A stretch of DNA of 64,000 nt from Alkalispirochaeta sp. (GTDB lineage: Bacteria; Spirochaetota; Spirochaetia; DSM-27196; Alkalispirochaetaceae), in assembly GCA_965601925.1 (NCBI GenBank), contig OZ271854.1, forward strand, positions 1,920,001 through 1,984,000. The letters run 5' to 3'. The notes under the pieces were generated by a model. It had not been told where the DNA came from and ran no database searches. It saw only the letters and a program-made list of their open reading frames with translations. Below, one piece after another: positions 56,630 to 64,000 of the stretch (position 1 is its first letter; each line of letters opens with the position of its first letter). The translations under genes and the position numbers were made by a program.

Positions 56630-57778
56630 ATGAGTACGCAACAACAGTATCCGAAAGGGCTCGAGGGTGTCATTGCCGCCGAAAGCCGAATCTGCAAAAT
56701 CGACGGCGAGACGGGAAAGCTCTACTATCTCGGCTATCCGATCGATGAGTTGGTCAAGAATGCCGATTTTGAAGAGGTTACCTACCTGCTTCTCAACGGG
56801 GAGCTTCCTTCTGCCGACCAACTCTCCGATTTTCGCAAAGCCATGCGTGACGGGCGCCGTCTCAAGCAGCCTATCCTCGACATGATCGACAGTTTTCCCA
56901 AAGATGCCCATCCCATGGAGCTTCTTCAGTCGGTAATCAGCTATCTTTCCGGTTATGTAGACCACAAAATTCACCACGGTCCGCACTGCAATTGCCGCAA
57001 TACGCTCCATCAGGTCGGGCAGATCGCTACGGTCATCGCCGCCTACCATCGCCTCCGAGGCGGCCACGGCTACGTGCCGCCCCGCGACGACCTCAACCAC
57101 GGCGCCAATTTCCTGTACATGCTCCACGGAGAGGAGCCGGATGCCGACGAAGGCGAGATCATGGATCAGTGCCTTGTTCTCCACGCCGAGCACAGTTTTA
57201 ACGCGAGCACCTTCACCGCGCGCGTCGTCGCGAGCACGCAGAGCACCTGTTATTCCAGCATCTCCGCGGCGATCGGCGCCTTGTACGGGACTCTCCACGG
57301 CGGAGCCAACGAGCGCGTTATCCAGATGGCGGATGAAATCGGAGAGCCCGAGCGTGTCGAGCAGTATATCAAGGACAAGTTGGCGCGCAAGGAGAAGGTC
57401 ATGGGCATGGGACACCGCGTGTATCGTGCCAAAGATCCCCGCGCGATCGTGATGGAGCAGTTTCTCGAACGCTTGTCAGAGAAGAAGGGCGATTGGAAGT
57501 ATCACAAGATCCTAAAGGGAGTAGAGAGGACCTTTCGAGAGATCATGGAGGAGAAGGGGAAACCGATCTATCCCAACGTGGATTTCTTTTCGGGCGCCGT
57601 CTACCGACTGCTTGGTATTCCGAGCGAGTTGTTCACGCCGATCTTCGCTGCGGCCCGTGTCTCCGGATGGTTGGCCCATATTCTCGAGCAACGAGAGCGC
57701 GAACAGCGCATCTTTCGTCCCAAGGCGCTCTACGTGGGTGACGCCGACAGGGTAATGGCGCCGGTCGCCGATCGCTGA
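56630..57778 (+). CDS. gltA: citrate synthase (short type; 2-methylcitrate synthase not excluded)
   Basis: GLEGV, HAEHSFNAST, LHGGAN, GMGHRVY, YPNVDF. Confidence 0.92.
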   Translation: MSTQQQYPKGLEGVIAAESRICKIDGETGKLYYLGYPIDELVKNADFEEVTYLLLNGELPSADQLSDFRKAMRDGRRLKQPILDMIDSFPKDAHPMELLQSVISYLSGYVDHKIHHGPHCNCRNTLHQVGQIATVIAAYHRLRGGHGYVPPRDDLNHGANFLYMLHGEEPDADEGEIMDQCLVLHAEHSFNASTFTARVVASTQSTCYSSISAAIGALYGTLHGGANERVIQMADEIGEPERVEQYIKDKLARKEKVMGMGHRVYRAKDPRAIVMEQFLERLSEKKGDWKYHKILKGVERTFREIMEEKGKPIYPNVDFFSGAVYRLLGIPSELFTPIFAAARVSGWLAHILEQREREQRIFRPKALYVGDADRVMAPVADR

Positions 57779-57793
57779 CCGGTTCGTCCGCCG

Positions 57794-57831
57794 CGAGGCG
57801 AGGGGCCGGCGCGCCGCGCCCTCTCGCCTCG
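57794..57831. terminator. GC-rich hairpin between convergent genes
   Basis: CGAGGCGAGGGGC...GCCCTCTCGCCTCG; no U tract. Confidence 0.45.
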
Positions 57832-58197
57832 TTATGCCCCGTCTTCCGCAGCATCGCCCGCGCCGTCGAGTTCCGACGGTAGATCGTCTCCCACCCACAC
57901 TCGATAGACCTCATAGGCCGGTTCCTCGTAGGGATGGGCACGAATAAGTGCTCCGATCGCGGCGCGGACGACCTCGGAACGGCACAATACTTCTACACGA
58001 AACTCGGGAACACGCTCGATATGCCCGGCACTCCCGATGAAGGGATTGCTACCCGAGAGCGGTCGAAACTGTCCCGTCCCCAACGTCTGCCATGCACAGC
58101 ATTCGTAGTTTCCCATTCGACCCGCACCGGCGTCGAACACGGCGAGTTTTACCTCCTCGACCTGCGGCTCGGGGACGAAAAAGATCAGTTTGAACAT
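57832..58197 (-). CDS. small NIF3/YqfO-like protein
   Basis: MFKLIFFVP...AGAGRMGNY...GTGQFRP...HPYEEPAY. Confidence 0.88.
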   Translation of the reverse strand: MFKLIFFVPEPQVEEVKLAVFDAGAGRMGNYECCAWQTLGTGQFRPLSGSNPFIGSAGHIERVPEFRVEVLCRSEVVRAAIGALIRAHPYEEPAYEVYRVWVGDDLPSELDGAGDAAEDGA

Positions 58198-58275
58198 TGC
58201 AAAACTGTAATGTGATTGAAAGTCTGTGGAAAGGTCCTTACAACATATTTCATCACGTAATACGGAGGGATATGG

Positions 58276-59763
58276 ATGAACGTAGAAAGCAAAGAGTTCA
58301 AACTGCATCGCGCCGCCGCACCTTCACGGTACTCGCGCGCACTCGCCGCAGGCGTTTTTGGGCTTATTGCTTTTTTGGTTGAACCGTCTTACACGGCAGC
58401 GCAGGTCGATATGCCGGCGGACGACATGGCCGTTATGGAGGCGTATCAGAATACGCTGCGGCACGTCTCCCAAGAGGTTCTTCCCGTGGTCGTGGAGATC
58501 GACGTCGTCGAACGCGTGTCGCGGAGAGTACGTCAGGTTCCATCGCCCTTGGAGTTCTTTTTCGGACGACCCGATCAGCGGATGAACGACGAGCCGCAGG
58601 TGCGTGAGTTCGAGCAACGCGGTATCGGGTCCGGTATTATCGTGCGTCGCGACGGCGAACGAGTCTATGTGCTCACCAATCACCACGTTGCCGGCGATGC
58701 GGATACGATCAACATAACGCTGCACGACGGGCGCGCATTCGAATCGACGCTCGTCGGTTCTGATCCGAATCGGGACCTCGCGCTGGTCGTCTTTGAGACG
58801 GGCGAAGAAGTGCCCGTTGCGCGTCTCGGCGACTCCGATGTAGTACAGGTCGGCGATTTTGTACTCGCGGTCGGAAACCCTCTGGGATTCGAGTCGACGG
58901 TAACCAGCGGTATCGTAAGCGCCGTCGAACGGCAGGGTGGGCCCCAACGACGCGGGATGCCGATCCTCACCGACTATATCCAGACCGATGCGGCGATCAA
59001 TCGCGGAAACTCCGGCGGTGCGTTGGTCAATCTGCGCGGCGAGGTCGTCGGCATCAACACGTGGATCGCATCTCAGTCGGGCGGTAACGTCGGACTCGGG
59101 TTCGCAATCCCGATCAACAATGCGCGACGCGCCATCGATCAGTTCATCGAGTCCGGTAGCATCGAGTACGGGTGGTTGGGCGTCAATATGGCGGATACTC
59201 CGTCCAGCCAGTCCGACTCGCTCAGTGAGTCGCAGGGCGGTGCGTTCGTCTACAACGTATACAGCGGCTCTCCCGCCGCCGATGCGGGAATCGAGCCCGG
59301 CGATATCGTCGTCCGCGTCGGTGCCGCCGAGATCGAGGATAGCAACGACTTGTTGCGCGCCGTCACCGAGCTGGAACCGGGAAATCGGATTCCGTTTCAG
59401 GTGCGGAGAGACAATGCGCTGCGTACGGTATATGTACGCGCCGGCATCAGGCCGTCGGGGGCCGACGAAGTGTCGTCCGCAGACCTCTGGCCGGGTATGT
59501 CGATCGTCGAAGTGACCGACGAGATTCGCGATAACTTAAACCTGTCAAACCGCGACGGCGATTTGATCGTAGGGCAGGTGACCGACGGCTCGCCGGCGGC
59601 GATCGCGGGCCTCCGGAGCGGCGATATCATCACGCGTGTGAATAACAACGGCGTGAGCACGCTCCGAGATTTCTATATGGAGTTAAACGGTGCGAACGGA
59701 GGTGAGATTATCTTTCGTATCCGCCGTAATGATACCAACCTCATTATCGGGTTGGTGAAGTAA
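58276..59763 (+). CDS. degP: HtrA/DegP family serine protease with two PDZ domains
   Basis: TNHHV, DLAL, QTDAAINRGNSGG, two PDZ-like (GSPAA..G...GD) segments; SD GGAGG. Confidence 0.95.
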   Translation: MNVESKEFKLHRAAAPSRYSRALAAGVFGLIAFLVEPSYTAAQVDMPADDMAVMEAYQNTLRHVSQEVLPVVVEIDVVERVSRRVRQVPSPLEFFFGRPDQRMNDEPQVREFEQRGIGSGIIVRRDGERVYVLTNHHVAGDADTINITLHDGRAFESTLVGSDPNRDLALVVFETGEEVPVARLGDSDVVQVGDFVLAVGNPLGFESTVTSGIVSAVERQGGPQRRGMPILTDYIQTDAAINRGNSGGALVNLRGEVVGINTWIASQSGGNVGLGFAIPINNARRAIDQFIESGSIEYGWLGVNMADTPSSQSDSLSESQGGAFVYNVYSGSPAADAGIEPGDIVVRVGAAEIEDSNDLLRAVTELEPGNRIPFQVRRDNALRTVYVRAGIRPSGADEVSSADLWPGMSIVEVTDEIRDNLNLSNRDGDLIVGQVTDGSPAAIAGLRSGDIITRVNNNGVSTLRDFYMELNGANGGEIIFRIRRNDTNLIIGLVK

Positions 59764-59788
59764 CTCACTGGATCCTCCTCTTGTGCTT

Positions 59789-59852
59789 GGTCCGTCCAAG
59801 GTCTGTCCGGCGCACGCCCCCGCGTCGGCAGGCTGAGGGCGGGCCTTTTTTT
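59789..59852 (+). terminator. long G-U-rich hairpin terminator after degP
   Basis: About 22-bp interrupted stem followed by T7. Confidence 0.7.
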
Positions 59853-60032
59853 GTCCGATTTTCGCTACACTTCCCGTAAGCGAGACACGTAATTTCATCG
59901 CACTCCGCCGTGTGGACGCGTCTTTCCGGTATATGTTCCAATAGCGCCATGGTACGTCGAGGACGGTCGGTCCGCATACGAATGGGAGGTGCTGCGCCTG
60001 CAAGACGTAACGCACCGCGTCGTCGTGCGCGA

Positions 60033-61013
60033 ATGTGTATGCGGCTCCTCGGCGCCGCGGTACTGGGAGTCGGTGCCGCGCTTTCCGCGGCGTGCAGTAC
60101 CACCTCTTCCGCCGAGCCGCACCGCGAGTATCAGGCGATGCGCGCCGAGCTCGCACCGCTACGATTCGACCGGGCTTCAACTACTCCGACGATTCGCTCG
60201 TGGTACGCCGAGTGTATCGCAGGCGTCGATGGCGCCCGACACGATACCGGGACGTTTCCTTCCCTCGACATGGATATGACGGCGCATGTGTTCTATCCCG
60301 GCGCCGGCGGTGCTCACGTCCGCGGCACCGTCGTCGTCGTACACGGCTATCTTGCCCATCCCATTCAACTCGCGTCACTCATTCGCGGCCTTGTGATCGA
60401 AGGCTATGTCGTGGTAGCTCCGGAACTTCCCGGACACGCATTGTCCGACGGCCCGCGCGGGGAGATCGACGACTTCTCAGAGTACGGCGTGTTTCTCGCC
60501 GATCTAATCGATTTCATCGACGGGCATCTTCCGCGACCGTGGCATGCGGTCGGCCATAGTACGGGTGCGACGGCGATCTACGAGTTCGTCCGCGACCACA
60601 CCGACCCCTTCGATGCCGTGGTGTTTGCCGCGCCTTTGGTGCGTTCACATCGCTTCGTCGTCTCGCGTGCGGCCCGGGCCTTCACGAGACCCTTCATCGA
60701 CACCGTAAGAACCGGCTACGACGATCCGCTTGGAATGGAGCGTATGCCTCTGTCGTGGTTCGATGCGCAGGTCGAGTGGAATGAGAGAAAAGAGCGCTTC
60801 GTGGCGTTGTCACGAACGGTGCTGGTGCTACAGGGCACCGATGATCGTGTCGTCGATTGGCGATACAATCGTGTGTTCCTAAGCCACGCGATACCTGCTC
60901 TCGAGTACGTGATGCTGGACGGGGCCGAGCATGTGATTTATCGCGGCGGATCGGAGATCGCGCGGTTCGCCGTCGATAGAACGATACGCCACATACGAGC
61001 GCACCCTCGATGA
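60033..61013 (+). CDS. alpha/beta hydrolase lipoprotein (lysophospholipase-like)
   Basis: Lipobox-like SAAC; VHGY, LPGHALS, GHSTG, GTDDRVVD, AEH. Start uncertain. Confidence 0.85.
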   Translation: MCMRLLGAAVLGVGAALSAACSTTSSAEPHREYQAMRAELAPLRFDRASTTPTIRSWYAECIAGVDGARHDTGTFPSLDMDMTAHVFYPGAGGAHVRGTVVVVHGYLAHPIQLASLIRGLVIEGYVVVAPELPGHALSDGPRGEIDDFSEYGVFLADLIDFIDGHLPRPWHAVGHSTGATAIYEFVRDHTDPFDAVVFAAPLVRSHRFVVSRAARAFTRPFIDTVRTGYDDPLGMERMPLSWFDAQVEWNERKERFVALSRTVLVLQGTDDRVVDWRYNRVFLSHAIPALEYVMLDGAEHVIYRGGSEIARFAVDRTIRHIRAHPR

Positions 61014-61870
61014 ACCTTCTTTCGGTGGTGATTCCGACGTGGAATCGGCGGACGTTGCTCCGCGAGGCGTTGGATTCGGTATCGGCGTGCCCGCTTCCCC
61101 GCGGTTGGACACTCGAGATAATCGTGGCCGACGACGGTAGCACCGACGGGACCGCCGAAATGGTGGAGGCGGACGCCCGCGCGGACCCGCGGGTCCGGTT
61201 GCTCGGTCTGCCGCACTGCGGACTTCCCGGCGCGGTGCGTAATCGCGGAGTTGAACGTGCGAAGGGCTCGGTGATCGCATTTCTCGACTCCGACGATATG
61301 TGGTTGCCCGGAAAGCTCATGCGTCAGCTTCCCCTCCACGAGTGTGAATCGGTAACACTCTCGCACACCCGGGAAGTGTGGATCCGTCGCGGGCGTGAGG
61401 TGTCGCAGGCCGGACAGCGTCATCGCCGCCGGGGCCGAGTCTTCTCCGACGCGCTGCGTAAGTGTATCATCGGCCCATCCACGGTGATGATCGACGCGGG
61501 TCTGTATAGGCACAGCGGCGGCTTTCGCGAGGATCTGGAGATCGCCGAGGACTATGAGTTTTGGCTTCGTCTCACCGCGATCGTGGAGGTCCATTACGTC
61601 GATGAGCCGCTCACCGAGAAGCGCGCCGGCGATTGGTCGCAACTTTCGCGGAAGTACCACCATATCGAAGGATTTCGAATAGACGGATTGAGGAATCTGG
61701 TCGATACCGGCTTCTTTTCCTCCCAATGCGACGACGCTGCGCAGCGTGCGGCAACGCGGGAGTTGGTGCGCAAAATGCGACTCTTCGCCGCCGGTGCGCG
61801 CAAGCGCGGACGGCTCGAGGAGGCCGCCGCATTGGAGAAAGAAGCTGATAAATACTTAGAATTGGAGTGA
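61010..61870 (+). CDS. family 2 glycosyltransferase
   Basis: SVVIPTWN, ADDGSTD, FLDSDD, AEDYEFWLR; ATGA overlap. Confidence 0.92.
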   Translation: MNLLSVVIPTWNRRTLLREALDSVSACPLPRGWTLEIIVADDGSTDGTAEMVEADARADPRVRLLGLPHCGLPGAVRNRGVERAKGSVIAFLDSDDMWLPGKLMRQLPLHECESVTLSHTREVWIRRGREVSQAGQRHRRRGRVFSDALRKCIIGPSTVMIDAGLYRHSGGFREDLEIAEDYEFWLRLTAIVEVHYVDEPLTEKRAGDWSQLSRKYHHIEGFRIDGLRNLVDTGFFSSQCDDAAQRAATRELVRKMRLFAAGARKRGRLEEAAALEKEADKYLELE

Positions 61871-61873
61871 TCT

Positions 61874-61902
61874 TTGACGACTATGCGCTATTGTGCTATG
61901 AT
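61874..61902 (+). promoter_or_regulatory. sigma70 promoter, leaderless spacing
   Basis: TTGACG-N17-TATGAT with TG extension, 7 nt before ATG 61910. Confidence 0.75.
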
Positions 61903-61909
61903 TGCGGTC

Positions 61910-62656
61910 ATGCGGCGCCGTCCGGCATACGGTACTGTTTTTCGTCTCGCCATGCTCGGTACGCTTCTCGGCGTGATCATGTTCTCCGGGTGCAGTGCGA
62001 ACCAGACGATCATTCTTGAAGAAGACGGCTCCGGCACGGCACTCGTAGAGATCGCTCTCGACCCCATATTCGAGGCCTATCTCACCGATCTCACCGCGAG
62101 CTTCGGCGGCGACGAGTCGGCCGTTCTCTTCGACATGGAGGCGATCCGGCGCTCGATCGTCGCTCAACCGGGGCTGAGTCTCGTGGGCCTGGATGCGCCG
62201 TCTCGGTCCACGTTGCGATTGGATCTGGCTTTCGATTCCGTCGATTCGTTGCTACGGTATCAAGGCCGACAAATGGGACTGTACCTCCGCTTTGAACGGA
62301 CCGAAAGCTTCAGGCGGCTCGCCGCGCGCATCGACCGCGAGGCGATCGATCACTTCGTTCGTATAGCCGGCATCGACCCGTTCGTGCGCGATTCCCTCAT
62401 GCCTCCGCCGGATGTTACCTCTGCGGTCGAGTATCGCGACTATCTCGCCTGGGCGTTGGAGGAGTATCGTCAAGATCGAGGATTGGACGTCGTGTTTCGA
62501 GAGAGTCGTGTGGTCACGGTAGTTTTTCCCGCAGGCTCGATCGTTCAAGTTCGAGGGGGCGATGTAAACACCGACGGAGTGCGGTTCGTTACGCCTCTGA
62601 TCGAGGCGGTGACCACTCCCGAACCGCTCATATACTCCCTCGTCTTCTCGCCGTAG
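61910..62656 (+). CDS. hypothetical lipoprotein
   Basis: Basic N-terminus, hydrophobic core, lipobox FSGC, then DGSG. Confidence 0.8.
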   Translation: MRRRPAYGTVFRLAMLGTLLGVIMFSGCSANQTIILEEDGSGTALVEIALDPIFEAYLTDLTASFGGDESAVLFDMEAIRRSIVAQPGLSLVGLDAPSRSTLRLDLAFDSVDSLLRYQGRQMGLYLRFERTESFRRLAARIDREAIDHFVRIAGIDPFVRDSLMPPPDVTSAVEYRDYLAWALEEYRQDRGLDVVFRESRVVTVVFPAGSIVQVRGGDVNTDGVRFVTPLIEAVTTPEPLIYSLVFSP

Positions 62657-62658
62657 TC

Positions 62659-62696
62659 TCACGGGTTCCCGCAAGATACGTTGCGCGAACCCGTGA
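62659..62696. terminator. hairpin between convergent genes
   Basis: TCACGGGTTC..GCAA/TTGC..GAACCCGTGA. Confidence 0.55.
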
Positions 62697-62704
62697 CAAT
62701 CGCG

Positions 62705-63982
62705 CTACTTTTCCGAGAAACCGGCCATCTCGCGCATCTGATGTGCCGGTCCTTCGTCCAACTCGGGACTCTTGTGGACGATCGACTGCACTCCCGTAGC
62801 GAGCCCGTAGAGGTTGATGAAACCGGTGGCGTCGCCGTGGTTGTAGCTCGATTCGCCGAAACTCGCCAGATCTTCGATGTAGAGCGAGTACTTCGACCGG
62901 CGTCCGGCAATGATGACGTTCCCCTTGTACAGCACGACACGCACCGAGCCGGTCACGTATCGCGATGAAGCTTCCATATAGGCATCCATGCTTTCGCGAA
63001 AGTGGGTGAACCACTTGCCGGCGTACACGAGGTCGGCATATTTGAGGGCGAGTTGGTTTTTCATACTCAACGTATCGAAGTCGAGCGTCATCATTTCGAG
63101 CTCCCGGAGTGAGCGGAAAAGGATCGCTCCCGCCGGCGTTTCGTATACGCCCCGACTCTTCATACCGACCAAACGCGTCTCCACCAGATCGGCGCGACCG
63201 ATGCCGTTCTCACCCCCCACACGATTGAGCGCTTCCAGAATCTCAAGCTCCGAGAGTCTTTTCCCGTCGATTCCCACCGGGATACCCTTTTCGAAATCGA
63301 TGACGATTTCGGTTTCGGCGTCGGGAGCCTCTTGGGGAGACTTGGAAAGCTGAAACATATCGTCCTTGGGACGATTCCACGGGTTTTCCAGATCGCCGCC
63401 CTCATGACTCATGTGCCAGATGTTCCAGTCTCGCGAATAGATGTTCTGCTTGGAGATATTGCCGATCGCGATGTTGTGCTTCTGCGCGTATTCGATCGCG
63501 TCTTCGCGACTGTGGATGTCCCATACACGCCACGGAGCGATGACGTCGAGTTGCGGAGCGAGCGCCTTGTAAGTCAGCTCGAACCGAACCTGATCGTTGC
63601 CTTTCCCGGTACACCCGTGGGCAACTGCGTCGGCACCCTCCTGGAGCGCGACCTCGATTTGGTGCTTTGCCTGGAGCGGTCGCGCGATGGACGTACCGAG
63701 GAGGTATTTGCCCTCGTAAATCGCACCGGCTCGCAGCATGCGAAACAGGTAATCGCGCGCGAACTCCTCGCGTACGTCCCGGATAATGAGCTTGGACGCG
63801 CCGGAGTTGAGAGCCTTCTCCTCCATCCCGTCCCAGTCCTCGTCCTGTCCGACGTTCGTACAGATGCCGATTACGTCCGCTCCCTCGTAGTGCTCCTTGA
63901 GCCACGGTATGATGATCGAGGTATCCAGCCCGCCGGAGTAGGCGAGGCAGATTTTATTGATCTTCTTGTCGGTGGGTGTCAT
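62705..63982 (-). CDS. argG: argininosuccinate synthase
   Basis: AYSGGLDTS, YLLGTSIARP, HGCTGKGNDQVRF, KSRGVYETP; SD AGGAGG. Confidence 0.98.
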   Translation of the reverse strand: MTPTDKKINKICLAYSGGLDTSIIIPWLKEHYEGADVIGICTNVGQDEDWDGMEEKALNSGASKLIIRDVREEFARDYLFRMLRAGAIYEGKYLLGTSIARPLQAKHQIEVALQEGADAVAHGCTGKGNDQVRFELTYKALAPQLDVIAPWRVWDIHSREDAIEYAQKHNIAIGNISKQNIYSRDWNIWHMSHEGGDLENPWNRPKDDMFQLSKSPQEAPDAETEIVIDFEKGIPVGIDGKRLSELEILEALNRVGGENGIGRADLVETRLVGMKSRGVYETPAGAILFRSLRELEMMTLDFDTLSMKNQLALKYADLVYAGKWFTHFRESMDAYMEASSRYVTGSVRVVLYKGNVIIAGRRSKYSLYIEDLASFGESSYNHGDATGFINLYGLATGVQSIVHKSPELDEGPAHQMREMAGFSEK

Positions 63983-64000
63983 GTATGCCTCCTGGCGTTG

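Noticed and set aside
1079..57415. Many long antisense or alternate-frame ORFs (e.g. 1079-2152, 10563-11804, 42447-43622, 46196-47581, 55119-56630)
   Set aside because: They are shadows of well-supported genes in high-GC DNA, with no motifs or independent initiation signals.
59789..59852. SRP RNA (ffs)
   Set aside because: It lacks the conserved domain IV motif (CAGG...GGAA...AGCAG).

Overview
A 64-kb GC-rich chromosomal segment, probably from a free-living spirochaete (Spirochaetia-like gene content; inferred, not database-verified). It is mostly intact housekeeping DNA. Contents in order: the probable 3' end of lspA, tRNA-Ala(GGC), two convergent fatty-acid beta-oxidation units (acyl-CoA dehydrogenase plus thioesterase; fadD-fadI-fadJ-like), a divergent lipoprotein cluster (FecR-domain, LPP20-like, LpoB-like, COG3014-like), an HD-GYP-like protein, a coupled addB-addA-moxR-DUF58-transglutaminase/TPR run, fabH/fabD-fabG-fabF, rubredoxin, an antiporter with a PTS-EIIA/PII-like fusion partner, a 2.7-kb low-GC islet (membrane protein plus trypsin-like protease plus palindromic element), a TCA supercluster (fumC, two mdh paralogs, sdhAB without anchor genes, sucCD, sucAB, lpdA, gltA), degP, a hydrolase, a GT2 glycosyltransferase, a lipoprotein and argG. 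No CRISPR array, integrase, transposase or rRNA was seen. The most notable observations are pervasive apparent leaderless transcription, a structured leader upstream of anchor-less sdhAB, a divergent MDH paralog, a GGDEF domain with a clean internal deletion, a T9 frameshift in DUF58, and the low-GC protease islet. All calls come from reading motifs by eye; no searches or folding programs were run.
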